Part shown: in pieces, positions 37,671 through 47,987 of the stretch
How the letters are laid out: every line of letters starts with the position of its first letter
How positions within the stretch are numbered: position 1 is the stretch's first letter
The notes under the pieces: model-generated
What the model saw: only the letters and a program-made list of their open reading frames with translations
Told to the model about the DNA's origin: nothing
Database searches by the model: none
From: Clostridia bacterium
GTDB taxonomy: Bacteria > Bacillota > Clostridia > UMGS1883 > UMGS1540
DNA: 64,000 nt
Direction: 5' to 3'
Assembly (NCBI GenBank): GCA_017620205.1
Contig: JAFZQX010000003.1
Coordinates: forward strand, 3,713-67,712
Translations under genes and position numbers: made by a program

Positions 37671-38900
37671 TTATTTGAGTGTGATTTTAAGATAAGCTTT
37701 CTTACCGCGTCTTGCGATAATTCCGTCGCCCTTCAGTTCGTCGGCTGTGATCGTCATATCAAAGTCTGTTACCTTGTTGTCGTTAATTGTAAGACCGCCC
37801 TGCTTTATAAGGCGCTTTGCTTCTGATTTTGAGGGGAGCAGACCGCAGTCAACAACTAAATCTACTACGTTTATGCCGTCGCCTACTTTGCTCTCTTCTA
37901 TTTCAGCCGTAGGCATATCTGCAGATACGCCGCCTGCGGAGAATACCGCGCGTGCCGCATCCTGTGCACGTCTTGCTTCTTCTTCGCCGTGAACAAGCTT
38001 TGTAACTTCAAAGCCCAGACGCTCTTTAACTTCGTTTAAAGCAGCGCCTTCGAGTTTTTCGTATTCTTTGATTTCTTCCATCGGCAGGAACGTTACAAGT
38101 TTTAAGAAACGGCAAACGTCATCGTCGCCGACGTTTCTCCAGTACTGGTAAAAGTCATAGGGAGATACCTTTTCGGGGTCGAGCCAAAGAGCGCCCTTAG
38201 CCGTTTTGCCCATCTTTTTGCCTTCGCTGTTTGTAAGGAGCGTAAACGTCATGCCGTATGCCTGCGCGTTTTCTTTACGTCTGATAAGGTCAATACCGCC
38301 CAAAATATTGCTCCACTGGTCGTCGCCGCCGAGCTCAAGTTTTGCACCGTACTGCTTATAGAGCTGTAAAAAGTCGTAGCTTTGCATAAGCATATAGTTA
38401 AACTCAATAAACGAAAGTCCTTTTTCAAGACGCGTCTGGAAACACTTTGCGCGAAGCATTTCGTTTACGGAGAAGCAAACGCCTATATCACGCAAAAACT
38501 CAATGTAGTTAAGGTTACGAAGCCAGTCCGCATTATTTACCATTATAGCCTTGCCCTCGGAAAAATCAATAACGGAGGAGAGCTGTTTTTTAAAGCATTC
38601 GCAGTTGTGGTTAATGGTTTCAACGGTCATCATCTGGCGCATATCCGTTCTGCCGGAAGGGTCGCCTACCATGCCCGTGCCGCCGCCTACGAGTGCTATC
38701 GGGCGGTGACCCGCAAGCTGCATGTGGCGCATAACGACCATCTGCAAAAAGTGACCTATATGCAGGCTGTCTGCCGTGGGGTCAAAGCCTATGTAGAAAG
38801 TAACTTTCTCTTTTCCGAGTAATTCTCTTATCTCTTCTTCATGTGTAGTCTGCGCGATAAGACCGCGCTCTTTTAAGGTATCAAATACGTTTTCAGACAT
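37671..38900 (-). CDS. tyrS: tyrosine--tRNA ligase
   Basis: HIGH and KMGKT motifs. C-terminal S4 domain. Confidence 0.95.
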   Translation of the reverse strand: MSENVFDTLKERGLIAQTTHEEEIRELLGKEKVTFYIGFDPTADSLHIGHFLQMVVMRHMQLAGHRPIALVGGGTGMVGDPSGRTDMRQMMTVETINHNCECFKKQLSSVIDFSEGKAIMVNNADWLRNLNYIEFLRDIGVCFSVNEMLRAKCFQTRLEKGLSFIEFNYMLMQSYDFLQLYKQYGAKLELGGDDQWSNILGGIDLIRRKENAQAYGMTFTLLTNSEGKKMGKTAKGALWLDPEKVSPYDFYQYWRNVGDDDVCRFLKLVTFLPMEEIKEYEKLEGAALNEVKERLGFEVTKLVHGEEEARRAQDAARAVFSAGGVSADMPTAEIEESKVGDGINVVDLVVDCGLLPSKSEAKRLIKQGGLTINDNKVTDFDMTITADELKGDGIIARRGKKAYLKITLK

Positions 38901-38920
38901 CTGTAAATCTCCTTTTAATT

Positions 38921-39844
38921 CTAAAGTGCTCCCAGCAGTGCAAAAAACAGCGGGATTGTAACGATACTTATTATATTTGAAACAAATGTTGTTTTCGCGC
39001 CTGTTGTGCCGTCGCCGCCGTATGCGGAGGGGAAGACAACACTATTGAGTCCCATCGGCATACAAAGCATAGCTCCTGTGATAATAGTTATTGTCTTGTC
39101 AACTTTTAGCAAGAGCATAATAGCGAGCACTACGCCCGGTATAAGTATTGCACGAATCAAAGCCGCGAGATAAAATTTCGGTTTTGTAAGCAAATCGCCT
39201 ATATCTACGCCGCCTAAAATAAAGCCTGTAAGTATCATGGCGCAGGGCGACATGCACCCTTTTGAAGCTTCTATTGTCTGCTGCAAAAAGCCCGGAAGTT
39301 TAATACTAAACAAACCTACAACCATGCCTATTGCCATCGCAACCATGCTGGGGTTTAATATTTTCTTAAGCGTAAACTGACGTTTCGGGTTTAATATATA
39401 AATTCCGTATGTATAAATGACAACGAGAAACGGAATTGAAAACATCATCATTTTATAAAGCATATCGCTGCCGAAAACTGCACCGACGAGTGGCCAGCCC
39501 ATGTAGCCGATGTTTGGGATAAGAAAGCTGTACATATAAACATCTTCCTGTAAATTGTTTTCCGCAAACATTTTGGCAAACATCTTTGAAATGAAGAATG
39601 TAAAGAATAAAACAATACATCCCGCCAAAATAAACGGCGCGTTTTCGCTCATAGTCTCAATATGAAAATGCTCCGCGAATGTCAGATATGTCATTGCGGG
39701 GAGAAAGAAGTTTACTATAAGCGCCGATAAAACTTCTGAAACCGATGGTCCTCCTATTCCTTTTTTCCTTACGAAATACCCTATAACCATAAAGGTAAAC
39801 ATCATAAGAATTTGATTCACCGTTGTAATAAATGTCTCTTGCAA
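38921..39844 (-). CDS. AEC (auxin efflux carrier / malate permease-like) family transporter
   Basis: Ten-TM AEC family. Confidence 0.75.
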   Translation of the reverse strand: MQETFITTVNQILMMFTFMVIGYFVRKKGIGGPSVSEVLSALIVNFFLPAMTYLTFAEHFHIETMSENAPFILAGCIVLFFTFFISKMFAKMFAENNLQEDVYMYSFLIPNIGYMGWPLVGAVFGSDMLYKMMMFSIPFLVVIYTYGIYILNPKRQFTLKKILNPSMVAMAIGMVVGLFSIKLPGFLQQTIEASKGCMSPCAMILTGFILGGVDIGDLLTKPKFYLAALIRAILIPGVVLAIMLLLKVDKTITIITGAMLCMPMGLNSVVFPSAYGGDGTTGAKTTFVSNIISIVTIPLFFALLGAL

Positions 39845-39859
39845 AGTAATTGCCCCTTA

Positions 39860-40693
39860 TTAATCCATAAATTTGCTGCGAAGCAGCCTTATTTCTTTTT
39901 CGTATCCGTCAATTTCATTAGGCGTTTCAAGATAGAATGGGAGAGAGCGAAGCGTTTTGTTATTTATAACGTTTTCAAAAGTTTCAAGCCCCAAATATCC
40001 TTCGCCTATTTTCTCGTGCCTGTCCTTGTGGCTTTCAAACGGATTTTTTGTGTCGTTTATATGTATCGCGCAAAGGCGGTCTATGCCTATTACTCTGTCA
40101 AACTCCTCTAAAACGCCCTCGAGGTTTTCTTTTATATCATAGCCCGCGTCATAAACATGACACGTGTCAAGACAAACGCCCATTTTGTTTTGAAGTTTTA
40201 CACCGTCTATAATTTCTCGAAGCTCTTCAAAACGGGAGCCGACTTCGCTGCCTTTGCCCGCCATTGTTTCAAGCAATACGGTTGTCGTCATGTCATCCCA
40301 TAAAATCTCATTGAGCGCGTCTGTTATTAATTTGATGCCGGTTTCAAGGCCTTGCCCCACATGGCTTCCCGGGTGGAAGTTATACATATTTCCGGGCGTG
40401 TATTCCATTCTTTTAAGGTCGTCCGCCATTGTGTTTTTCGCAAATGTGCGTATGCCTTCATCAGCGGAGCATAGGTTTAGTGTATACGGCGCGTGTGCCA
40501 AAATCTTTTCTATGCCGGTGGCTTTACAAAACTCCAAAAACGCGTTAACGTCGTTTTCGTCTATCGCTTTTGCCGTACCGCCGCGCGGGTTGCGCGTGAA
40601 AAACTGAAATGTGTTGGCGCTTATATCAACGGCTTGTCTGCCCATGGCAAGATAGCCCTTTGAAGCTGAAAGATGACAGCCTATCGTAAACAT
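39860..40693 (-). CDS. nfo: deoxyribonuclease IV (endonuclease IV)
   Basis: Xylose-isomerase-like TIM barrel with Nfo motifs. Confidence 0.85.
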   Translation of the reverse strand: MFTIGCHLSASKGYLAMGRQAVDISANTFQFFTRNPRGGTAKAIDENDVNAFLEFCKATGIEKILAHAPYTLNLCSADEGIRTFAKNTMADDLKRMEYTPGNMYNFHPGSHVGQGLETGIKLITDALNEILWDDMTTTVLLETMAGKGSEVGSRFEELREIIDGVKLQNKMGVCLDTCHVYDAGYDIKENLEGVLEEFDRVIGIDRLCAIHINDTKNPFESHKDRHEKIGEGYLGLETFENVINNKTLRSLPFYLETPNEIDGYEKEIRLLRSKFMD

Positions 40694-40697
40694 AATA

Positions 40698-41111
40698 TCA
40701 CTGCCTTTCGTATTCGCGGACGCTTTCAATAAGTTCGGATACGCTCGAGAACCACTCGCGTATCATATGGCGCATCATGCCAACGTTTTCCGATTTTGCT
40801 TTGAGTCCGAATATTGTTTTGCCCATGCCGTACGCCGCGCCTATCTCAGCCCAAGCGTCACAGCCGGAAGGCCCGATATATATTATCAGATCAGCATTCG
40901 TCACAGAAGTTACGCAAAAGTCAAAAACCTTTCTGCCTACGTCGCTTTTTATAAAATTGTCAAGGTCTTTATTTGATAAAAACGCTTCTTCCGGTCTGCC
41001 TTCGCGAAGCCAGGAAAGTATCTCATGACCTTCTGCTTCAAGCATTTCCGTAAGCATTTCAACAGCGTGCTGGTGCTTCCATGATGCCGCTATGTATATC
41101 TTCAATATCAT
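40698..41111 (-). CDS. YtoQ / nucleoside 2-deoxyribosyltransferase-like family protein
   Basis: Size and pattern resemble the YtoQ family. Weak call. Confidence 0.4.
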   Translation of the reverse strand: MILKIYIAASWKHQHAVEMLTEMLEAEGHEILSWLREGRPEEAFLSNKDLDNFIKSDVGRKVFDFCVTSVTNADLIIYIGPSGCDAWAEIGAAYGMGKTIFGLKAKSENVGMMRHMIREWFSSVSELIESVREYERQ

Positions 41112-41176
41112 CAGCCCTTTCTAAATTCAATATTCTATCACAAAATTCTCTGTTTGTATATACTTTTTTTTTAATT

Positions 41177-42988
41177 TTATAAATTTAACGTGCGCAGGGA
41201 ATTGAGTATTGCAATAACGCATACGCCGACATCTGCAAATACCGCCAAAGCCAGCGGCATACCGAACGCGCCGCAGAGTATCATGATAAGAAACTTTATA
41301 AAGAGCGATACGAATATATTCTCTTTCGCTATAAGTACGGCTTTGCGCGCTGTTTTTATAGCTGTTGGAAGCGATGACGGACTGTCGTTCATAAGCACAA
41401 CATCTGCCGCTTCAATAGCGGCTTCGCTGCCAAGTGCGCCCATGGCGGCGCCTATATCGGCGCGCGCTATTGAAGGCGCATCGTTTATGCCGTCGCCAAC
41501 GAATATAAGCGGCGCGCCGCCTGTCATTTTTTCTATTTCCGCCGTTTTTTCGTGCGGCAAAAGCTCCGCCTTAAAGCTGTCAAGACCAATTTCGCCGCAT
41601 ACCTCTTTTGCCGTAGCCGCGGTGTCGCCCGTAAGCATTGCGCACTGCTTTATGCCTAGATCTTTAAGCTCTTTTATTGTGTTTTGAGATTCGGGGCGAA
41701 CGGTATCGCAAAGCATTAAATACCCGGCGTATTTACCGTCAACCGAAACGTGCAGTATGCAGCCGCCCTGAATTTCTTCATACTTTGCGCCTTCCATTGC
41801 CATCATTTTGCCGTTGCCGACGGCAACGCGCATGTCGTTTATGTTTGCCACAACGCCGTGGCCCGCAATTTCCTTTGTGTCTTTTATATCATAGCCGCTT
41901 GGCTCTTTGCCGTAAGCTTCGCGCAGATAAACGGCGATGGGGTGGGAGGAGTAGTATTCCGCGCAGACGCAGAGCGCGAAAAGCTCTCTTTGCGTCATGC
42001 CTTCGGCGTGAACGCGCCGGAGTTCAAATTTCCCGCTTGTAAGCGTTCCGGTTTTGTCAAAAACAGCTTTGTCCGCCCTTGAAAGTAAATCCAAAGTATG
42101 ACTGTTTTTTATAAGTATACCGTGCTTTGAAGCACTGCCTATCCCTCCGAAAAACGCGCAGGGAACACTTATTAAAAGAGCGCACGGGCACGATACTACA
42201 AGAAACGATAACGCCCTGTAAATACTCTCTTTAATGCTCATTCCGAAAACGGGCAGAATAAGCGCAAGCAAAACCGCTATTATAACGACAGCCGGAGTAT
42301 ATTTCTTTGAAAAACGCGTTATAAAACGCTCCGTGCTTGATTTTTTGTCCGCGCTTTCCTCGATAAGCTGAAGGATTTTGGAAACGGTTGAGGTTTCATA
42401 AGTGCTTTCCGTTTTAATTTCAACCGTGCCCGAAAGGTTTATAAATCCGCTTATTGCCTTATCACCGGTGCCTGCGTCGCGCGGGATAGACTCGCCGGTT
42501 AAAGAGGCTGTGTCAAAAGACGTACTGCCGGAAACTATAACGCCGTCTAAGGGAACCTTCTGACCTGCGGAAACAACGATAATATCTCCGAGCTTTACTT
42601 CGGATGCGTGTACCTTTTCTATACCGTCGCCGCGCTTTACAAACGCTTCGTCCGCACGCATTTCGGCGAGAGAGGATATGGACGCGCGCGATTTGTCGCT
42701 TGCTATATCGCAGAGAAGCTCTCCCAGCTGATAGAAAAGCATAATAGCCGCGCCCTCGGGAAATGCGCCTATACAAAATGCGCCGATGGAGGCTATTGTC
42801 ATCAAAAAGCACTCGTCAAATACTTCGCCGTGAATTATATTTTCAACGGCTTCTTTCAAAACAGGGAAACCGCAGATAAGAAAAGAAGCGATATAAAGCG
42901 CCAAAGAAAGATAAAAGCTATCTCTTAATAAAAAGCCTAGGCACAAAAGTATGAGAGACAGTATAATCAGTGAAATTCTCTTTTTCAT
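41177..42988 (-). CDS. cadA: heavy-metal (Cd/Zn/Co-type) P1B-type ATPase without an N-terminal metal-binding domain
   Basis: CPC in TM6, DKTGT, GDGIND. Confidence 0.85.
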   Translation of the reverse strand: MKKRISLIILSLILLCLGFLLRDSFYLSLALYIASFLICGFPVLKEAVENIIHGEVFDECFLMTIASIGAFCIGAFPEGAAIMLFYQLGELLCDIASDKSRASISSLAEMRADEAFVKRGDGIEKVHASEVKLGDIIVVSAGQKVPLDGVIVSGSTSFDTASLTGESIPRDAGTGDKAISGFINLSGTVEIKTESTYETSTVSKILQLIEESADKKSSTERFITRFSKKYTPAVVIIAVLLALILPVFGMSIKESIYRALSFLVVSCPCALLISVPCAFFGGIGSASKHGILIKNSHTLDLLSRADKAVFDKTGTLTSGKFELRRVHAEGMTQRELFALCVCAEYYSSHPIAVYLREAYGKEPSGYDIKDTKEIAGHGVVANINDMRVAVGNGKMMAMEGAKYEEIQGGCILHVSVDGKYAGYLMLCDTVRPESQNTIKELKDLGIKQCAMLTGDTAATAKEVCGEIGLDSFKAELLPHEKTAEIEKMTGGAPLIFVGDGINDAPSIARADIGAAMGALGSEAAIEAADVVLMNDSPSSLPTAIKTARKAVLIAKENIFVSLFIKFLIMILCGAFGMPLALAVFADVGVCVIAILNSLRTLNL

Positions 42989-43353
42989 TCGTTTTCGCCC
43001 CTTTCGTTTATATGGTCAAGTCCGAGTTCGAATATCGCCTTAATATGCGCGTCGTCAAGCGAATAGAAAACGTTTTTGGACTCCCTTCTGTATTTTACAA
43101 GTTTAGCGTCTTTTAAAATCTTAAGCTGATGCGAAATAGCAGATTTTGTCATAGACAAAAGCGCTGCCAGATCGCAAACGCATAGGGGGGCGGTATCAAG
43201 TGCAGAAACTATGCGTATTCTCGTTGTGTCGCCCAAAACCTTGTATAAAGCCGCTATCTCCAAAAGCGATTTTTCGTCCGGCATGTTTTTCTTCGCAACG
43301 GAAACCGCGTCGGAATGAATAACGTCACAGTCACATGTATAAGCGTTTTTCAT
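42985..43353 (-). CDS. cadC: ArsR/SmtB family metalloregulator (CadC-like)
   Basis: N-terminal Cys pairs with an ArsR HTH. Overlaps cadA by 4 nt. Confidence 0.8.
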   Translation of the reverse strand: MKNAYTCDCDVIHSDAVSVAKKNMPDEKSLLEIAALYKVLGDTTRIRIVSALDTAPLCVCDLAALLSMTKSAISHQLKILKDAKLVKYRRESKNVFYSLDDAHIKAIFELGLDHINERGENE

Positions 43354-43501
43354 ATATATCAATCCTTTCGCACAGTTGAATGTTTGTTCAACTATATTAT
43401 AATTGAATAACCATTCAATTGTCAAGCCTTTTTTGAAATTTCTTGATTTTTTTTAAAAACTAAGATAAAATCTATATATAAATCTATAAAAGGTGAGTTA
43501 A

Positions 43502-44719
43502 TTGAAAAAAGAAAGAATAATATATCTTATAATTACGATACTGTTTATTTTGGCTAGCGTTACAATTCTGCATAACACCGATATGTCCGATAACGTAATG
43601 CTGTCAAAGGCAATACAGGTAATAATAATCCTGTTTCTTATAAGAATCTCTTACGGTTGTGCCGCGTTTATAAGACGGCAGTACAGGGAACAGAAGTATT
43701 CTTACGGAATAGTAATGAATTTGGGTCTGCTTATATTTATAAACATAAATATCTTAAGACAAATAAACTTGCTTATACAGAACTGGAAAATCTTAAGTAT
43801 TGTTGATATATATAACAACACTCTTGAATCTTTTTCGTTTTTTGCCATGCTTACATTGCCGTGTATTGCGATAATGGCAATATATTGTATCATAACAAAT
43901 ATAATTCTTATAAAGAAAGAAGGCTTTACATACAGAAACCTTTTGGGCGTTTTTGTCGGCTTTTTTGTGATTTTAGGCCTTTTCGGCAGTCAGGGCGTTT
44001 ATATGCTAACGTCGCATCTTTTAAAGGGACATAGCCTTATGATAGTCAAAAAGCTTTTTGATGTTATGATAAACGTAATACTTTCGTATTTTTATACGCT
44101 TATGCTCGCAACTGTTTACTGCAACGCGAGGGCGGGAGGGCATACTCCTGCATATGATAAGGATTATGTTATAATACTCGGCTGTATGGTGCGCAAAGAC
44201 GGCAGCTTACCGCCGCTTCTGCGCGGCAGAGTAGATAGGGCGATAGACTTTGCCGAAAAACAAAAAGAAAATACGGGCAAAGAAGTGATATTTGTCCCTT
44301 CAGGCGGCAAGGGCAGCGATGAAACAATAGCCGAAGCAGATGCTATGAAGAACTATTTAATAGGACGCGGCATAGGTGAAGAGAGAATAAGACCGGAAAA
44401 TAAATCGCTAAACACTTACGAGAACATGAACTTTTCAAAAAAAATTATCGATGCCGGAAAAGATGACACGAAGATAGGCTTTTCAACTACAAATTTTCAC
44501 GTTTTCAGAAGCGGCGTAATAGCAAACGACTGCGGTATTGACTGTGAAGGCATGGGCAGTAAAACGAAATGGTATTTTTACACAAACGCGCTTATAAGAG
44601 AATTTATAGCAAACCTAGCAAGTGAGAAAAAGAAGCATATTGCTTTAATTACCATGATGAGCTTATCATCAATCGCATTGGTTGTGATAGGCTGTGTTTA
44701 TCAGCTGATACGGTTTTAA
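43502..44719 (+). CDS. membrane protein with a C-terminal DUF218 (YdcF/SanA-like) domain
   Basis: About six N-terminal TM helices, then the DUF218 core. TTG start with RBS. Confidence 0.6.
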   Translation: MKKERIIYLIITILFILASVTILHNTDMSDNVMLSKAIQVIIILFLIRISYGCAAFIRRQYREQKYSYGIVMNLGLLIFININILRQINLLIQNWKILSIVDIYNNTLESFSFFAMLTLPCIAIMAIYCIITNIILIKKEGFTYRNLLGVFVGFFVILGLFGSQGVYMLTSHLLKGHSLMIVKKLFDVMINVILSYFYTLMLATVYCNARAGGHTPAYDKDYVIILGCMVRKDGSLPPLLRGRVDRAIDFAEKQKENTGKEVIFVPSGGKGSDETIAEADAMKNYLIGRGIGEERIRPENKSLNTYENMNFSKKIIDAGKDDTKIGFSTTNFHVFRSGVIANDCGIDCEGMGSKTKWYFYTNALIREFIANLASEKKKHIALITMMSLSSIALVVIGCVYQLIRF

Positions 44720-44744
44720 CAGATAATTGTTTTATAAAAAAGCA

Positions 44745-44773
44745 TTGACAAATTAAAAATAGTGTGTTAAACT
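44745..44773 (+). promoter_or_regulatory. sigma-A promoter (TTGACA-17-TAAACT) of the DUF2325 operon
   Basis: Consensus -35 with a fair -10. The iron-box palindrome begins 10 nt downstream. Confidence 0.55.
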
Positions 44774-44783
44774 TTATAGCAGA

Positions 44784-44799
44784 GTTAGCAAAGGCTAAC
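44784..44799. promoter_or_regulatory. operator palindrome GTTAGC-AAAG-GCTAAC (putative DtxR-family iron box)
   Basis: Perfect 6-4-6 palindrome. Same motif at 45134, 55112, 55615 and 55715. Confidence 0.6.
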
Positions 44800-44833
44800 T
44801 ATTAAACGGATATAAAATCAAGGAGAATAGTTT

Positions 44834-45121
44834 ATGAGCATAGTTATTGTAGGGGGACATGACCGCATGCATTGCCGCTATAAGGAAATATGCAAAAACT
44901 TTGGTTGTAAATGTAAGGTCTTTACACAATGTCCCGCCAATTTTCAAGGGAAGATAGGAAATCCCGATGTGATTATAGTTTTCACAAAAACAGTAGCGCA
45001 TAAGATGCTGAATGTTGTTTCAAGCAAAGCGTCCCAATCGGGCATAACGGTAAAATACTGCAATTCTTCGAGCGCCTTTGCGCTGAAAGAATGTCTGACT
45101 TCCCATCTTCAAATCAGTTAA
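44834..45121 (+). CDS. DUF2325 family protein
   Basis: About 95 aa with an MSIVIVGG N-terminus, recalled as DUF2325. Confidence 0.5.
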   Translation: MSIVIVGGHDRMHCRYKEICKNFGCKCKVFTQCPANFQGKIGNPDVIIVFTKTVAHKMLNVVSSKASQSGITVKYCNSSSAFALKECLTSHLQIS

Positions 45122-45133
45122 TTTTTTTTGGCA

Positions 45134-45157
45134 TTTAGTTAGCCTGTGCTAACTAAA
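45134..45157. promoter_or_regulatory. extended operator palindrome TTTAGTTAGC-CTGT-GCTAACTAAA
   Basis: Perfect 10-4-10 palindrome between the DUF2325 and DUF3793 genes. Confidence 0.6.
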
Positions 45158-45173
45158 TTAAGGAGGCTTTTGG

Positions 45174-45725
45174 TTGGAAAAAATAATAGCATATCACTGT
45201 GCGCCTGCGCTTGCCGGAATAAAACCGTCAAATCTTGTTTCAATTTCAAAAGAAAATACTCAGGATATAGCTTCTGAAATTGAAAGGCTAAACAAGCTGC
45301 TGAATTGTAAAGACATTTATATTGAAAAAATACATGAATGTACGTCCAGGGTCCTTGCGATAGTATACAGAAAAAAAGTGCTTTTAAGACATCTGAAAAA
45401 AGCCGAGTCGATTAAGTTTTTACGGAAATACGGTTACAGAGAGGCGGAAAAAACGGAAGATTTCATGGAAATTCTTAAATACAGGCTATCAAACTCACCG
45501 GAATTTCCGCATGAAATAGGAGTTTTTCTCGGATATCCAATAAACGATATTTACGGCTTTATTCATCATAAAAATGAAGGGTGTCTTTTGTGCGGAGAGT
45601 GGCGGGTTTATCAAAATGCAGATGAAGCAAAAGAGCTTTTCAGAAGATTTAAATTCTGCCGTAATGCACTTTTAAAAAGAATAGAAAGTGGCGTAACGCT
45701 TGCGGAGGTTTTTTGTACAATTTGA
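45174..45725 (+). CDS. DUF3793 family protein
   Basis: TTG start after AGGAGG. Family assignment from recalled similarity. Confidence 0.5.
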   Translation: MEKIIAYHCAPALAGIKPSNLVSISKENTQDIASEIERLNKLLNCKDIYIEKIHECTSRVLAIVYRKKVLLRHLKKAESIKFLRKYGYREAEKTEDFMEILKYRLSNSPEFPHEIGVFLGYPINDIYGFIHHKNEGCLLCGEWRVYQNADEAKELFRRFKFCRNALLKRIESGVTLAEVFCTI

Positions 45726-45777
45726 AACAAGTTTACTTTAGTAAGTAAATTGTTAATATAAAAAGGAGGTTTTACAA

Positions 45778-46209
45778 ATGAGTAAAACAGCAATTATTTA
45801 TTGGAGTGGCACAGGAAACACTGAGATAATGGCTAAAGCCGTTTTAGTTGGCGCAGCAGAAACAAACCCCGAAACGGAGCTTTTTCATGTTTCTGAAATT
45901 ACGCCCGATACAGCTGCTTCATACGATACACTCATACTTGGGTGCCCCGCTATGGGATCAGAGGTTTTGGAGGAGGAGGAATTTGAGCCGTTCTTTACGG
46001 AGCTTGAAGCAAGCCTTGCGGGTAAAAAAGTCGGTCTTTTCGGCTCATACGGTTGGGGTGACGGCGAATGGATGCGCAACTGGGAAAAACGCGTTGAAGA
46101 CGCAGGAGGAAATCTGTTGGGCGGTCAAGGCCTGATTGTAAATGACGCTCCAGACGAAGCGGCACTTGAAGAGTGCAGAGAATTAGGAAAATCGGCTTCG
46201 GAAAGTTAA
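45778..46209 (+). CDS. fldA: short-chain flavodoxin
   Basis: The T/SGTGNTE FMN phosphate-binding loop. 143 aa. Confidence 0.9.
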   Translation: MSKTAIIYWSGTGNTEIMAKAVLVGAAETNPETELFHVSEITPDTAASYDTLILGCPAMGSEVLEEEEFEPFFTELEASLAGKKVGLFGSYGWGDGEWMRNWEKRVEDAGGNLLGGQGLIVNDAPDEAALEECRELGKSASES

Positions 46210-46267
46210 AAACAGATGTGATTGGGGCTGTCTTAATATAGTGCAGAACGGACAAACTGAACCCGAA

Positions 46268-46316
46268 GGCGTACGAGGGTACGTCGAGAGGTGAAGTTTG
46301 TTCGTAGCAAAAAGCA
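46268..46316. repeat. conserved intergenic segment (copy 1) GGCGTACGAGGGTACG...GCAAAAAGCA
   Basis: About 80% identical to 61310..61350. Flanked by the inverted repeats TTGGGGCTGTCT (46222) and AGACAGCCCCAA (46446). Confidence 0.6.
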
Positions 46317-46461
46317 TTAATTTATTAAAAAATTCGTCAAAACGAATTTTTACATCAAGTTTTTAAAAGAACTACAATCGATAAAAACGTCAAACTATCA
46401 GGATTTTTACCCGTTTTTTCTGCTTTTTGCGGTCTGTGCATAGTGAGACAGCCCCAACTGC

Positions 46462-47241
46462 TTATCCAAGTGCAACATCAAGTATCATCATTAATGTAAA
46501 GCCGAGTGAAAACAATATAACCCCGATGTTTGAATGTTTTCCCGAAGACATTTCGGGGATAAGTTCTTCAACAACAACATATATCATAGCACCTGCCGCA
46601 AAGCTCAGAAAATATGGCATTGCCGGTATGATAAACCCTGCCAAAAGCATTGTAAGCACTGCCGCAACTGGCTCTACCGCGCCTGATAAAACACCGTCTG
46701 CAAACGACCTTGCTTTATTTCTGCCCTCCGCGTGAAGCGGCATGGATATAATTGCACCTTCAGGAAAATTCTGAATAGCAATACCAAGCGAAAGTGCCAA
46801 AGCGACCCCCGCCGTTATATTGGCAGAGCCTGAAAGATACCCCGCATATAAAACACCGACAGCCATTCCCTCCGGTATATTATGAAGTGTAACGGCTAAA
46901 AGAAGCATTGTCGTTTTGGAAAAACTGCTTTTCGGACCCTCCGCCTTGTTTGCATCCATGTGTAAATGCGGAATGCTTTTATCCAGTATGAGCAGAAATA
47001 ATATACCAAGCCAAAATCCAATCGTTGCAGGAACAAACGAGAATTTCCCAAGATTGTCCGACTGTTCGAGTGACGGAATGATAAGACTCCATACAGAGGC
47101 CGCTGTCATAACGCCCGCTGCAAATCCTGTCAATGCCCGTCGGGTAGTTTTATTCATTTCTTTTTTCATGAAGAAAACACAAAATGCACCAAGAGATGTG
47201 CCTATAAAAGGTATTAAAACGCCGCAAAATATTTCAAGCAT
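46462..47241 (-). CDS. zupT: ZIP family metal (zinc) transporter ZupT/GufA-like
   Basis: Eight-TM ZIP protein with HNxPEG-type motifs (HNIPEGMAVG, QNFPEGAII). Confidence 0.85.
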   Translation of the reverse strand: MLEIFCGVLIPFIGTSLGAFCVFFMKKEMNKTTRRALTGFAAGVMTAASVWSLIIPSLEQSDNLGKFSFVPATIGFWLGILFLLILDKSIPHLHMDANKAEGPKSSFSKTTMLLLAVTLHNIPEGMAVGVLYAGYLSGSANITAGVALALSLGIAIQNFPEGAIISMPLHAEGRNKARSFADGVLSGAVEPVAAVLTMLLAGFIIPAMPYFLSFAAGAMIYVVVEELIPEMSSGKHSNIGVILFSLGFTLMMILDVALG

Positions 47242-47256
47242 GATAAAATCCACTCC

Positions 47257-47922
47257 TTACTTTGAGCCGCTGTCCGATAATGCTTCAGGGTTTTTATCGC
47301 CTATAATCCAATAATTACACTCGCCGTCACCGCAGGCAAGGGTTTTGTGCCGTATCAAAGTAGCGTGCATTGTTTTACAGGTGAGCTGATCTATGGCACA
47401 AAGATTTGGCAAAAAGTCTATATATCCGTATTTTCTTGCAAAATCATTTATGGGACAGGTATCAAAAACAAAAGCTATGCCCTTGTCGTGTTTTTCGGGA
47501 TTTAATCGTATTTCCCAAGTGCTGCCCCAATCTTTGCCGCGGTGCCTATCGGCTTTTTTCGCATAATTTGCAAAGTATTTATATATAAGTTTCATAAGCC
47601 ATTTCTTTTTTTCTAATTTATTCATATCAAAATGAGACAGCAGTTTTAGCTTTTTACCCATTGCAATATCTATAAGATCATTTAAATCTTCTTTTGTGAG
47701 TGTACGGTCAACAGCTTCATAAAATGCAAAAAACGCATAGACCAATAAGACATTATCTGCCATCATATTTTTTCTGCCGCCGAAATCGCCTTCTTCACGC
47801 AGCCATTTGTTATAGAGAGATAACGCCTTTTCAAAGCGTTTTTCGGCTTCTTCGGGGGTGTAATGCTCCGAAAGCCATTTTTTCACATAAGGCTCAAACT
47901 TTTTTAAGTATTTATCATACAT
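47257..47922 (-). CDS. L-2-amino-thiazoline-4-carboxylic acid hydrolase-like (ATC hydrolase family) protein
   Basis: C-terminal C...C...CGDGxC pattern recalled for the PF14196 family. Confidence 0.4.
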   Translation of the reverse strand: MYDKYLKKFEPYVKKWLSEHYTPEEAEKRFEKALSLYNKWLREEGDFGGRKNMMADNVLLVYAFFAFYEAVDRTLTKEDLNDLIDIAMGKKLKLLSHFDMNKLEKKKWLMKLIYKYFANYAKKADRHRGKDWGSTWEIRLNPEKHDKGIAFVFDTCPINDFARKYGYIDFLPNLCAIDQLTCKTMHATLIRHKTLACGDGECNYWIIGDKNPEALSDSGSK

Positions 47923-47987
47923 CAAACTGTCCTCCGTTTTTTTGCTTTCTGAAAGAATTACGGCATACATCTTGAAAGCTCCGATAA

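Noticed and set aside
41177-43353. cadC-cadA as a horizontally acquired resistance island
   Set aside because: Composition and codon usage look like the surrounding DNA and no mobile-element genes flank it. Treated as ordinary core metal homeostasis.
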